From Tubiluchus corallicola (taxonomy: Eukaryota > Animalia > Priapulida), in the NCBI GenBank assembly GCA_030141605.1, contig JAQGDQ010001241.1, positions 1-52,837 of the forward strand: 52,837 nucleotides of DNA, given 5' to 3'. Shown here piece by piece: positions 27,933-41,310 of the stretch; position 1 is the stretch's first letter; every line of letters starts with the position of its first letter. The notes beneath the pieces were generated by a model that was not told where the DNA came from, ran no database searches, and saw only the letters and a program-made list of their open reading frames with translations. The position numbers and the translations under genes are program-made.

Positions 27933-29059
27933 TGCCTTGTAAAATAAAGCATTTTCCCACCCATGAGAATTAAGGACTTTGACTTTATCACTTTCCATTG
28001 TGCTGGAGTTTAGTGAATTCAAGTTTAAAGCTCCAATCTTACGCATAAGGAATCATTGTTCAAACTGGTCAGTGTGGTCAGTCCTAATCCGAAAAATTCG
28101 ACCACCGGTCACGTTTGTTTGGCAGGCGGCGATAGAGATGACCTGGTATGGTCTTGTGTAAATTTACAGCAAAGTGCGAAAGGTAAATCTTCCAGTTTAG
28201 CAATTGCTATCAAATTGAAGTCAGAGGTGACTAACCCAACTGATTTATTTTATGCAGGATAAACTTGAAGAAAAGAACAAGAGGCTCAGTATGTTGGGTT
28301 TATTTTACTGTTATCACTTAAACTGTTTGTGGTGTGCTAATGGAAAGCACAAGTCACTCAGTATGTTGAGTTTATTTTACTGTTATCACTTAAACTTAGC
28401 AAAATATGACAAAGAAATTTGCACAAAGAACTGCCTATAAAGCATAAATTTAAAATAAACCACCTCTGTATAGAAATTTTCAGGTGCGGTGGTTGCCGCC
28501 ATTCACTTGAAAATCATGACGTAACTTCGTGACTTTTCGTAAGCGCGTCGTAGCTTTCCGTAAGCGCGAGCTGCTTAAACTAATTCAAACTTCTGCAGTT
28601 TACTTAACGTTCACGCAAAAATATTAAAAAATTACCTATCCAATTTTTTTTGTAAAAAATTATTATACTTTTGATGAAGATTGACAGTGCGCTACGTTTC
28701 TTCAGGACGAATGACGTCATTGGAAGAACAATGGCATTGAAAATGGGAGCGTCCAAGCATGAAGTGATCGCAACTTTAAAGTGATTTTACAATTTTATTA
28801 CTAAATCCTTCTAGCATTTTTCATGGAAGTTGAAATAAGCCAAACTTCCCAGAAGAGATGGCCTTTTGTTTACAGGCTTTCCAAAAATACCATATTACTT
28901 AAAATATGAGACAGCGCTCTCGAGACTTGCTATTTTTAATATAAAAAACGTTGAATGTTCCTTTAAACTATATATCCTATATGTCAAATACCATCATAAC
29001 TACATTGTAAGAATATCTTTAGTTTAATACAGCGCTAGAAGCAGCTACATCACATAATA

Positions 29060-30100
29060 GCAACAGCAGCAGTGCAGCAGTATGAAAAGCAACAACAAAA
29101 ACGACGACGATGATGATGATGACGACAAAAACAGCAATAACGGCGCAAAAGCTGCAGTAATAACGACAACAACAATGACAACAAACGAATACAACACCCG
29201 CAATATCGCTGCTGCTGCTACCACACCGCAGCAACTGTAGCAAGAGCAATAACAAGCATGACGGCGACGATAACATGATGATGATGACGATGACAACAAA
29301 CGAATACAACACCCGCAATATCGCTGCTGCTGCTGCTACCACACCGCAGCAACTGTAGCAAGAGCAATAACAAGCATGACGGTGACGATAAGATGATGAC
29401 GATGACAACAAAAACAGCAATAACGGCAGCGACAGCTGCAGTAATAACGACAACAACAATGACAACAAACGAATACAACACCCGCAATATCGCTGCTGCT
29501 GCTACCACACCGCAGCAACTGTAGCAAGAGCAATAACAAGCATGACGGCGACGATAACATGATGATGATGACGATGACAACAAACGAATACAACACCCGC
29601 AATATCGCTGCTGCTGCTGCTACCACACCGCAGCAATTGTAGCAAGAGCAATAACAAGCATGACGGTGACGATAAGATGATGACGATGACAACAAAAACA
29701 GCAATAACGGCAGCGACAGCTGCAGTAATAACGACAACAACAATGACAACAAACGAATACAACACCCGCAATATCGCTGCTGCTCCCACCCACAACCAAC
29801 AACCACCACAACAAAACATGACAACAAACGAATACAACACCCGCAATATCCGCTGCTGCTGCTACCACACCGCAGCAACTGTAGCAAGAGCAATAACAAG
29901 CATGACGGTGACGATAAGATGATGACGATGACAACAAAAACAGCAATAACGGCAGCGACAGCTGCAGTAATAACGACAACAACAATGACAACAAACGAAT
30001 ACAACACCCGCAATATCGCTGCTGCTACCACACCGCAGCAACTGCAGCAAGAGCAATAACAAGCATGACGGTGACGATAAGATGATGATGATGACAACAA
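29060..30100. repeat. Compound tandem repeat with alternating ~115-bp and ~168-bp units made of trinucleotide-like blocks
   Basis: The anchor ACAACAAACGAATACAACACCCGCAATATC recurs at ~29178, 29293, 29462, 29577, 29746, 29821 and 29988. Confidence 0.9.
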
Positions 30101-30628
30101 TAGATCTCATGCTGGTCATGCAGGCAGAGACGCCAATTTTGTGAAGAACTTTGCTAAGACTTTTTTGGTGATTAAGGCGGCATCCAGAGTTCAGACGGAC
30201 ATGAACCAGACACTCGTTTCCTTTACTAAACAATTGTCATTACGACTAATAATTAGGCAAATTTTGTACCAATTTTCAATTATTATAGTTCGGCGAAATA
30301 GTTTCCTTTTCACTATGTAAGTTATTTGTTGGGAAGGGAAAGTTATTGTTGTTTTATTACGAAACTGCCTGCACCAGTAACCTAGTATTTTTCTCCAATA
30401 AATAAAAAAGAGAACTTTACTCCATTGTTAAGCTATAGGCTGTGTTGCTTTTGTGGCCAACAATATCGGCGCCTATATTTAGGCATTAGCAAAATTGACT
30501 GTATTCTAAATGACCGTTTCACTACAAAACTCTTACATTTTCAGTGAAATAGCTGACACGGTTTTGTGAATGGTTCTGTTTACGAATCAAACATTTTTCT
30601 GGGACTGGTTTTTTGTTCTGTTAATAAC

Positions 30629-30743
30629 TTTCTGGCGCAGCAACACACATGCGGCGGCGGCGGCGCTGCATTCGCTTGAAGTAATAGCGAGTTTCTGGTG
30701 CAGCAACACACATGCGGCGGTGGCGGCGCTGCATTCGCTTGAA
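30629..30743. repeat. Two copies of a ~63-bp unit
   Basis: TTTCTGGYGCAGCAACACACATGCGGCGGYGGCGGCGCTGCATTCGCTTGAA occurs twice. Confidence 0.8.
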
Positions 30744-30859
30744 CTAAGAGCGAGAAGGCGAAGTTGTGTTTGTGTGGTAATAATTGTTTCACGTAAGTCA
30801 TTTTTGAAAAAATAGTATGGTTCCTTTCAATATTTCACTGATAAAGTAGATCGTCTTAA

Positions 30860-31318
30860 CCCTTTCATACCCGTTGTATCCCGTGGGATACGAGAATATT
30901 TTCTGCCTTTAAAATTAATAAAATTTTAAAACTGACAGTCATTTGATCTGTTAATAGTTATTTTGATTTAAGCCAATAACAATAGACTAAAAATGGTGAT
31001 AAAATGGCAAACTAGAAAATCTACATAGCATAAAAAACTGTGCAAGGTACAGTACTTTAGAGACGACTTTGTACAGATCAGCATAGCATGCATACTAAAT
31101 GTCTTACATACTTTAAAAAATTATCAGCAGTTGCAAAATGAAGCACATTTTATGCTTCCATTGAATCCCAATGTATCCCGTGGGATACAGGCTATATTTA
31201 GCACGCGGGCACAGGTAGAAAAAAATAATTATTATGTGTAAACAAGATGGACATGCTGAGTAAAAGTACCAAGCCAAAATTTTTTTCTTATTAAAAAAAC
31301 AATTTGGGACTGAAAGGG
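30860..31318 (+). mobile_element. Non-autonomous piggyBac-like element (MITE), copy 1
   Basis: TTAA|CCCTTTCA...TGAAAGGG|TTAA; no ORF; second copy at 42932-43387. Confidence 0.88.
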
Positions 31319-31720
31319 TTAAACTTACAATCTACTGCCTTCTCTACAGAACGTAGCAAATTGCCTCATAAACCTTGATGCTGGAGTGCTTAACCATCTA
31401 AATGTAGCCATGAACTTGAAAGAGCTGCAGTTTTTTACACTGCTGCAATTGTTTCAGCGATGTTTAGGAAACGAGGTGGCAAAAGATTTGTAAATTTACA
31501 GATAAAACTGTTTTCAAATAATGGTACTGGTTTAACTGTGCGAATATTTGCTGTCTTGATTAAACATTGAGCACATGTAAAAGCACGGAGTAACAGTTTC
31601 TGTAGTAAATTACCTGTTCAAACTAGATTCGTTATTGATTTTTTGAAACGTTTTCGGAGTTCACATAAATCAATTTGTACTTATTATTATTATTTCACTT
31701 TACACACAAGTAAATGTAAA

Positions 31721-32023
31721 CGAGTGAGTGGGTCGGTCGGTCGGACCGTCAGTCAGTCAGTCAGTGAGTGAGTGAGTGAGTGAGTGAATAAGTAAACGAG
31801 TGAGTGAGTGAGTGAGTGAGTGAGTGAGTGAGTGAGTGAGTGAGTGAGTGAGTAAGTCAGTGAGTGAGTGAGTGAGTGAGTAAACGAGTGAGTGAGTGAG
31901 TGAATGAGTGAGTAAGTCAGTGAGTAAACGAGTGAGTGAGTGAGTGGGTGAGTGAGTGAGTGAGTGAGTGAGTGAGTGAGTGAGTGAGTGAGTGAGTGAG
32001 TGAGTGAGTGAGTGAGTAAGTGA
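31721..32023. repeat. (GAGT)n microsatellite
   Basis: Read directly. Confidence 0.93.
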
Positions 32024-32996
32024 GCCATGTGAGCCATGATTGCTCATTTTAGTGCTCGAGAGTTGTGTTCATTTTAGTGGTGCGATGCATGGTGCTGGTA
32101 GTGGTGCTGATTGATTGCGCGCGCATAATATTCCTAATAATGAGAATGGTAATATCTGCGGCCTGTGGTGCAACTAGTGGTGATGGTGGTTGTACACGAC
32201 CAGTATTGCGCATGGTGCTGGCGTTGTAGTGGTGCTGATGCTGAAGGTGTGCTCGGAATGGAGGTAACAGAGGAACCATGGATGAAAAGTGGTGCATCGT
32301 TTGAAAACAACTTCCTGCAAAACGTAATTACTCACTGTTAATATTCTCTGCTAATTAACTAAACCAATTCTGCAGAAAGTCCTTGGCTTTGGTGTTAAAG
32401 TAAATGCGTCTCAACTTTTGAAAACTTTTCAACTTATGAGACGAAATTGTCATAAATATTGAATGATTTGGGAACCTTTTGTCTACGGAAACTCAATGAC
32501 ACTTTTTCAACTTTTAGTGAAAATCATCTCCGTGGACTGACACCCTGACAGACGAACTAAATTTGCGCCTCCTAACACATAATTTCACACACAGTACCTC
32601 AGTTACCCTACATCCCCGCCAAGGTGAAATTTCTTTGCACAAATATTCAGCAGTTGTTTTGTGTATCGTCTCTTCATACAGGTAAACTTTGTTTTGCTCT
32701 AATTCTCTGCAGTTGTTAAGAAGTTGAAACCGAACGCTTTGTTCATTTTGAGATCGGTTGCAGCGTGTCCCGGGCGAATTTAACAAGATTAAAGTCATCA
32801 TATTTAATTCAAACAATTAATCAAAATTTGAAATCTTTGCTTTTATCGTCGTGGAAAACTTAAACAAACCGCTAGCATACATGTACGGCACGAAAGCTTT
32901 GCCATTTAAGCCTGAATACAACTCGAAATAAATTCTTTATTGTTGAACATTCAACCGTTTGATTGAAAGAATCAATATTAATCAAACAACTTAGAG

Positions 32997-33479
32997 CAGG
33001 GGTGTGCAAATTACCTGACTAGCCGGGCCACATTAAACTTTCCCGCAATTCCTGCGGGCCACGGGCAGTTTGATCAAGGAGCCAAGTACTGAAAGGCCTA
33101 GTAACGATTTTCTTTGCATCAGACATGCGTACTTCATTACTACTACACTCAAGAAACTATTTTAGAAGTTATTAAAATTTATATTACAAACCATATATTT
33201 CTACTTTCAGGACAGATAGTGGTAACTTCATTACAATGCATATTAGTAATGTGTATCACACAGTCTGTGTAGTACAGTGACATTAAGCTACAACCGTCTT
33301 GTACGGGTTAATGGCATCTGATCTAGTAGAAAAAACTACCCGCACTATCTTTGGGATCGTGGCACGGACTTCAGCTGGATACACTCAATTAATCGCCCGG
33401 GCGGCACTTTCATTAGGTTGACAAATCTCTTCGCGGGCCGCGCAAATTCTCTCGGCCGGCCGCAATTTGCACACCCCTG
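32997..33479. mobile_element. Non-autonomous hAT (Charlie-like) element
   Basis: Perfect 16-bp TIR CAGGGGTGTGCAAATT / AATTTGCACACCCCTG, subterminal GCGGGCC motifs and an 8-bp TSD ACTTAGAG / ACTTAAAG (1 mismatch). Confidence 0.88.
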
Positions 33480-33485
33480 ACTTAA

Positions 33486-34646
33486 AGGAACGCAGGATAA
33501 TTTTTTTATATGCTACCCCATTTTGAAGTACGGCAAAAAGTATACATCTAAGACCTTTAATAATGCCAAAGCGTTTCTGGAGATAGGTGAATTAGTGATA
33601 GCGTATTTTTAATCTTATTGACAAGATACAGTAATTTTATTTAGTTAGTGACTTGTGCGCTACGAATGCTCTGATTATTTTTTCAAACTTTACAAAATGT
33701 TATCTAAACTTGTTTTAAATGACCTATCGTGAGGGTGAGTCAGCGACATTTTACCAATTGCTGAAAACATTTTAAATAATTTATAATTTTTTTTTCTAGT
33801 TACATAAATCTCTCTAGCAGGTAAGCTAAAGTCTAAGTAATATAGATTTGCAAGGAAAGTCTTTTGAGAGATAATTTAACTGTGCCTTTTCTTCCCTTGA
33901 TTTACGTTTGGTGCATGACGTCATGTAATGGCGACTTCGGAACAGTATTGCGGGAGATTTAAAATGAGAACAAACCAAAATTCCTTTCAGTTCGAGTAAG
34001 ATATACGCATAAAATTGCTATAAAGTAATATAATTTTTTTAAGGCAAATTCCTGAAACCTACTTCAGATACCCCTTTTCTGTTCTTTAAATAAGAGGGTA
34101 AGAACTTAATTAATGGTAGGCGAACCCAACTAGTGAAGACATAACAATTGAACATAATTTTCAGCACCGCAAATATTCCACGTGTTTGCCTGAAAGTGAA
34201 AATTGAAGAACAGTGCCGCAACATTCAGTGTAATATACAAAAACTTTGATATACAGTGTTTACCGCTGTGTTCGTGCAAGAGCTTTCAAAACTGTGCACT
34301 ACGTCACAACTGAACACCTGTAAACTGTGACGTGCAGCACCTTTTTTGTGCAACGCGATTCCAAGATGCCCATTTAACCCGCTGAATTAAATTAGCCCTA
34401 AACAGTGAAGAACTAGCCCGCGAACAGAAAATTACGTATCTGCGCTAATAATTTTTTCACATAAGTCATTCTTGAGAAATGGTACGCTTCCTTTCAATAT
34501 TTTATGGTCAGATTGTTTTGCTTTTGGGTCCGATTAATTAAGTTTTTAATCTATGATTTAATTATCAGAAACGCTTTTGCAGTATTAATGTGTTAAAGTG
34601 TATTCTTGAAAATGGGGTAGTATATGAAAAATTATTCAGTTTTCCT
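33486..34646. mobile_element. Kolobok-like non-autonomous DNA transposon
   Basis: TTAA|AGGAAC...ATAATTTTTTTTATATGCTACCCCATTTTGAAG at the left and CTTGAAAATGGGGTAGTATATGAAAAATTATTCAGTTTTCCT|TTAA at the right. This gives an imperfect ~45-bp TIR, AG..CT termini and TTAA flanks. Confidence 0.65.
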
Positions 34647-35693
34647 TTAATGTCATTGCAATTTCTGAAGATAAATGAATGCATTTAGCTTAAATTTACT
34701 CATTCGAGTAATATTGGTCAGTCTAAGCACAAAGAAGTGGGAATAGCGATTCCTTGTTAACAAACATCAACGAAAACGGGTAGTGCCAATGCCGCAAGAG
34801 CATGCGCAGATGTATCCGACATTGTCGGCGACAATAGAACACACGCGCAGGCAATCAGGAATTCACGTTTTGCACAAGACTCGAGCCGTTTCTATAAACT
34901 CTTGTTTAATCATGAGCTGTCGGATGCATGTGAACACGCCCTAACAAAGAAAAATTTATCAGTCAGCAATACAGTCTTCGTACTACGAATTGCCGTAGCC
35001 GTCAAACAAGATTTATTTGAACATTCTCACCCAAGTTTTTTTCTAAAAATCACACAGAATTACAAAACCTTTATGTTTGCGCTCAAGTTGCATAAATTCA
35101 GGAGGTCTATCAGCGGATTTATATAAATCTTTCACGTGTTCTTCATAATTACTTTTCGTTTCATCACAATGGCAGAAGAAGAAAATTACCACAGCAAAAA
35201 ACCCACAGATTGACAGAAATACGAGTCACTGTTTTATCATGAAAGGAAATTGTGGCTTAGAGAACCACTGTGTCCTTGTAATTTTTATTTAAATCAGACG
35301 TAATTGAGTGTAATTTTCATGAACCTGTATCTCCCATTTTTTGCAACAAAACAGCCGTAAGTATAATCTGGGAGGCTGATTTAGCTGACAAATGACAGTG
35401 CTTACTGGGAATTATGACTTACAAGTGGTACTCAGCGAGCACGCATACACAACTGCGCGCACGCAAAGAGATGAGATAAAAGGGCGTTGGTCTCTTAAAA
35501 TAAACCACAGCAATGGCAACTACCTGTTAATTTTCGTAAGTTTGTTTACCAACAGGGCTGACCATTTTCACCTAAACGCGAAGATAATTATAATACAACT
35601 CTAGGGAAAAGGTAAAGAACTCAGTAGAGGTGTGAAAGGAATCATTAGTATAAATAGAGTTTATTTAACAAGCAAAAACGCAATAAATTTAAA

Positions 35694-35923
<230 letters not shown>

Positions 35924-36274
35924 TGACGCAAACAAATACTGAATTGAATTTATTTTGTAGCAATTTTCTAAAAGTACTTTTACTTTTATATCGAAAACAG
36001 GAACAAGTAATTAAAATATGCGCGCAATTATTGATAAATGTTACATTTTTACAACGATGAGACTTGCAATTTCAATGAAACTAGACTAATTAGTACTTGT
36101 TTAGTAAATAAATCTTTACTGATCTATTATAAGAGATACCTACGTTTACTTAGATTATAAGATTATAGGATTACCCGCGTTTTAGTTCTACGTTTTAGTA
36201 AAGATAAAATTACAATTATGACAAAGTTAGGACATGATATCATTAAATATATATGTTAAGTCTAATACAAAAAG

Positions 36275-37242
36275 ACTTTAGACATACCTATAATACTGTC
36301 TATTATACATTATAATAAACAAAGGAGCAACATAGCGATTGTCTGCGCTATGTGACTCCTGGTTAGCTAGGCCTTTGGCACAGAAAAAATATTATAATTA
36401 TATAGATCTATGAAGGAAGCCTAATTCAGCTAATTACATGGCCAGTTGGGCACGATGCCAGCTATACTATAGACTTGAATGAAGATTACGATGCAAATTT
36501 AACACTACGTTTGCATTCAAGAACCAGTTTGCAAGGGCAGATCCATGCAAATAGGGTAAAAACACTCTAACTCGAGATATGCAATACTGGAGTAGTTCTC
36601 GACATGGCCACGTTAAAAAATTAAACATTAATTTTAAAAAATAACAATAATCACCAACGTCATCATAAATATCGTTAAAAATATATCTTCGGTGGGTTAT
36701 TTCAGTGACAGTGTGTTTGTTTTACACCAGATATATAGATATAGACCATTTATTTCGCACACCCGGAGAAAAGTTTAATCTGAAGTGTTACAAAATTAAA
36801 AAAGGCACTGCTGTTTTTCTAGTAAAATGAGAAATATTATACTCAGTCAATTCCATGGCTTTTAAGAATGCCACGACATGGCAACTTTAGACATACCTAT
36901 TATACTGTGTCCATGGTCAACCTCGATAATAAAGGAGCAACACAGCGATTGTCAGCGCTATGTGACTCCTGGCTAGCTACACTTTTGGAACAGAAAAATT
37001 ATTATATGTATATAGATTTATGAAAAAGCCTAATTCAGCTAATTACATGGTCAGTTGGGCACAATGCAAGCCATACTATAGACTTGAATGACAATTACAC
37101 GGGTTATTGATTATATTATTTGATTACGATGCAAATTTAACACTACCTTTACATTCAAGAATCACTTTCAAAGGCAAATCCATGCAAACAAGGTAGAAAA
37201 CACTTTAACTCGAGATGTGCCATAATGGCGTAGTTCTCGACA
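36275..37242 (+). repeat. Diverged direct repeat pair (36275-36604 and 36884-37242)
   Basis: Both run ACTTTAGACATACCTAT...AAAGGAGCAACAYAGCGATTGTC...GCCTAATTCAGCTAATTACATGG...GTAGTTCTCGACA. Confidence 0.85.
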
Positions 37243-37699
37243 GAAAATATTAAGAGGAATTTTAAGCTTTAGTTACGAACTGCGTTTCCTTGTGCATTAA
37301 ATCAAGGAAGCTGAACTGTTACCCAGATTTCCATCTTGTAGCCTCGCTTCTCACTTTTCTTTAGAATCTGCGCTGCCCGAGTTTTTGTAATCAAGACGTT
37401 TTTACACAGATTTCTCTTAATGTCAGACAGCCACATGTAGACAGCCAAGCAAACCGGGAAAAGCTGATAATCCGTTCACTCTCCTGTTTACTGGATTTAT
37501 TAGCCAACTACAGCGCAGATCGATTACCAAACTTTTTCTGCTTTTTCAAGAATTGCAAAACACGACCACGTGTTGGGCGCGCCATTAAATTTTACTTTTT
37601 CAAATTAATTCAATGTATTTTGTTTACAAGCGCCGTCATTCGGGCACTAACTGCTTTGAGTCCAAACAGCTGTTGTGCTTTAGTTGCCGTAAACATGTC

Positions 37700-38300
37700 A
37701 TGTATAAAACTGGAAACCCAGAAAACATTTGGAAGTTCTTGTTTTCGGTATTTTTGAACAGAATGATTACATGAAGTAGACCTACAGAGGTTCCTGCGTG
37801 GCTGTAGAGGCTCTGTATGTCGTGACGCTAAAGTTGTCGCTGGGGTGTTTTGGGGAGAGCCAACAACCGACATTGGTAGGTTTATCAGACTGTTTTTGTA
37901 GTTGCGATGTTTGTGTTAAACAGATGAAATCAATGGATGAAAACCTGGTTTAACTTTGCGATCTGTATTGTATTCGAAATCATGGTCTCACTGTCCATCC
38001 ACATATACACCAAAATTGTAAACATAATCAACAATAGTACAAATGTTATAGTAAATACATCAGCCAATATATCATGGCACCTGAGTCTCAACGTTAGAAT
38101 AACAAAACTACTGTTTAAGCCTGTTGCTCGTCCTCTAATCTTGCTACCAAGTAAAGAGTAGTAGATATTCACAGAGAAGCCAAGTGACCCAGTTCCATAC
38201 AAACATATAGCAGTAGCAAGTACATACATATATTAGAAACTTCCAAGTGTACAAACAGATGTCAGCACTGACTTAGTGGTAGTGAAAAACAAAAAGTTTA
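37700..38300 (-). mobile_element. Possible highly decayed L2/CR1-group LINE reverse-transcriptase fragment
   Basis: Frame-shifted minus-strand peptides occur in LINE order: FHYH*VSADICLY (YADD-like), LLGSK, DYVYNFGVYVD / DSETMISN (NLGV..DS.L.M-like) and NYKNSL..VVGSPQNT (DYCNSLL.GLP-like). The matches are weak and by eye only. Confidence 0.35.
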
Positions 38301-38998
38301 AAACTGCAAATCAAAATTATTAATAAAGTGTAAATTAAATGCTCGCATCTGCGACACTGTATGACCATAGGGGTCCCTACGTAGCCATCCGGAACCTGCT
38401 AGAATATAGGTATAGGTCCTTTCAACCAGTCAGTTTGATCCACAAAGGAAGTTTGGGTCTATTTTAACTGTCTTTGTGCGTTACAATAAAGGTCATGCTA
38501 ATCTACATAATCTTCCTTTTCAAAATCCTATTCGTTTAGTGGAGATTTTTTAACTACAGAGTGAACATCAGCCTTTATGAAACAAATTCAATCACCATAG
38601 CTAGTCTTACACAAAAACAAAGCCAACATTACTAATAAAATATTTAGCTTACTAATCCTCTGTCTTTTATATCAATATTTATTTATTTGTCTTGTAGTAA
38701 TATTTTTAGTTATAATTATTAGCTAAACTTTCTTTGTTATTCTATGGTACTTTTTATGTATTGAAATAAACGTAAAATAAAAAATAATAAAAAATAAATA
38801 AATTATTCAAATTATAATATTTATCGTAATAATTATTGTTTTTTCTTTCAATAGGTAGCGCCACCATACGCTTATATATAACTTAAATTTAACCATGATT
38901 GTTATACATTTGTCTAGACAGTCTCAATTATCCTTTTATTGTATTGATTTTTTACAGAAATATGTTCCAATTTAAATAACGTAATTAGTACGTATGAA

Positions 38999-39937
38999 CA
39001 GGGTTGGATTAAACCTATAGGCTAGTATAGGCTGCAGTCTAGGACCCTCAAGCTTTCGTAACATTCAATGATAAAAAAATCCGTTTCTCATTACGATTGT
39101 GTTGAAATACGTGCTAACCTGGTTAATATAACCAATGTTTCATTATTTCGGTGTTAAAGGAAAACCGGACTGAATCTTAAACTGTAGGTCAATACAGTCA
39201 ACTCTTTAAAATATTGAAAGAAAATGTACTGTTATTTCGAAAATGACGTATGTGAAAGAATTATTATCACACAAACACAATTTCACGTTCACAAAAAACA
39301 GGTGCCGCACCTCTCAGTTCAGAACTGTTGTTTGTGACGTACTGCACATGTTCGACAGCTAATCTGGTTTGCAATAAATAGTAAAATAGAGGCATTTCTT
39401 TGAAAATATTTTTACTGACGAACAAATAATAGCTGTGCTAGTTTATTTTGAAAAAGTTTGCAATAAGTTTACTTCAAGCTATGTGTAAATGTCGATAAAA
39501 TATATCAGGAGTAAGAAATATGTTCAAGACAGGCGCGGACGAGTTACAGGGAGGCTCAGGGCCTATTTCAGCGCGCGGGGGGGTACTTCCCCGGGGCCTC
39601 ACCCCCAGTGGGGCCTCGCGCCAAGGTAACATTTTTATTTGCTTTATGCGAACATACTGCCTCCCCCCCCCCTCTCTCTCTCTTGCCGCACGCGCGCCGT
39701 TTGCCAGTATTGACAAGTATTAAGGACTGGTCTTGAGAATAAAGCAGTTTTTCTTTCAATTGTTCTTTCCTTTATCAACTGTATAACTCCATATTTTCTC
39801 TTCGAAAATGTTTCCCCGGCGTTCTAGCAGTTCAAAATTCGCCTCACATGCCCCACTTCCCCGGGCCTTGCTTAGGCTAAAATAGGCTTTGGGGAGGCTC
39901 AGTCTGAGGGGCCCCAAATGATCATAATCTGGCCCTG
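38999..39937. mobile_element. Possible hAT-like non-autonomous element
   Basis: Imperfect TIR CAGGGTTGGATTA / TAATCTGGCCCTG with subterminal GGGGCCCC-type motifs; the TSD matches only 5/8. Confidence 0.45.
39584..39837 (+). repeat. Dispersed repeat, copy 1 (copy 2 at 45766-46094)
   Basis: TACTTCCCCGGGGCCTCACCC...GTTCTAGCAGTTCAAAA is shared with high similarity. Confidence 0.88.
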
Positions 39938-41139
39938 CATTTGTACAATATTGAGATTTTCCATAACTGTAAAAGTGCCCAAAATTTAGGGAGGGTCTGC
40001 GACTGAGCAAAATTCGTATATACTTAATCTAGTGACTCATAGGCCTATACTTACCTGTAATGTGACCTATGTTTATTACAAACAACCAAGGGCGGCTACA
40101 GCCAAAGTGAAATCCCAGAAAAGCTAAACAGATTTTTATCTATTTTACCGTTTAAATGTCGATATCGGTGAGTCAGAGGCTGGTGTAGCCAGGCGATCAA
40201 TAAACAGAAGCCATTTATTCAGACTGTATATGAAGCAGGCAGCGTGGCTTCCCGTACCGCCAGGAAGAATTTTGTTGCGCTGTTACTATAATAACATCAT
40301 AATTTATTGTTCTGGGTCGAGACGCGTTGAATTCATTTATTTAAATTAAGCTATGAATCAGGTTGAAACTAGGGATGAGCATCGAACGTTCGAGTTCGAG
40401 TCGAACTGAAAATTATAGGTTCGAATAATTCAGTATTTCGTTAACATACGTTTTTTTTCATTAAAACACTTGAAACATCATGCAATCAACACAATATAGC
40501 TGCAGTTACTGAGCACAACTTTTAAACAAATTATTAGTGTTTTTACTGCAGAATAAAATTAAGTACTATACTAGATTTCATAGCGCAATCTATTATCTTT
40601 CTTCCTACCATTTCCACTAACACATTCTTCTACTCTTCCTGTGTGATCTAACCTTTCTCCCAGTTCTTTTTTTTTGTTCACTCATCCATTCTTTTTTTAT
40701 CGGGTTCACATGACAGTGGGGTTACACAAGCCTTTGCTTCTCTAGCCCACTGCAGTACAATTATTCTTTTATGATAACGATAGTGTATGAAACATAACAA
40801 TTTAATACAGTATGATGTAATAATTTTGATGTCACTGTGTGCTTAATGTCATAATATTGTACTGAATGTGATAATAATAATAATAAACTAAAAAAATAAA
40901 CATGACCTTTGTGAGACTGCTTTTTATTCGTGATTCGAAAACCGTTAAAACTGAATCCGGACTCGATTTGGGTTCGAAATTCGGCTTGATTGGAGTTCGC
41001 CTTCTACTAAAGAATGTCACTCCTGTTAAAAACTTTACTGTAATATCAATACATAATCACCTATATATAAAGCCTAGAAGCGGGGTTCCTCTCTGCCGTT
41101 TCGAGGGTATGATTAATAAGACCTTACAGTCTTTGTATT

Positions 41140-41310
41140 CCAGAACAAGCAATCTAAAACAAATTAGGACAAATACCCACTATGGAACGAATTCTGTATT
41201 CAAACTACTGCAATTCTACTTTGGAATTCTCTACCATTACAGGTTAAACAAATCAAGTCCCTATCAGCATTTAAAACAAAATTAAAATCACTAATATTAA
41301 CCGGATATGA
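41140..41310 (+). mobile_element. 3' fragment of a CR1/L2-group LINE ORF2
   Basis: RTNTHYGTNS, then after a frameshift (from 41195) CIQTTAILLWNSLPLQVKQIKSLSAFKTKLKSLIL. This is the WNSLP...FK.KLK C-terminal motif of CR1/L2/Crack ORF2. Confidence 0.75.

Noticed and set aside
32049-32315. Possible terminal exon on the minus strand (TTTTGCAG acceptor, His/Pro/Thr-rich frame)
   Set aside because: Low-complexity CAC/CAG-rich sequence with no recognisable homology and no partner exons.
37930-38229. Hydrophobic 99-aa membrane protein
   Set aside because: No family motif; better explained as AT-rich decayed LINE sequence.
40370-41008. hAT-like element starting TAGGGATGAGC with TTCGA motifs
   Set aside because: The right terminus is too degenerate and there is no matching TSD, so boundaries cannot be supported.
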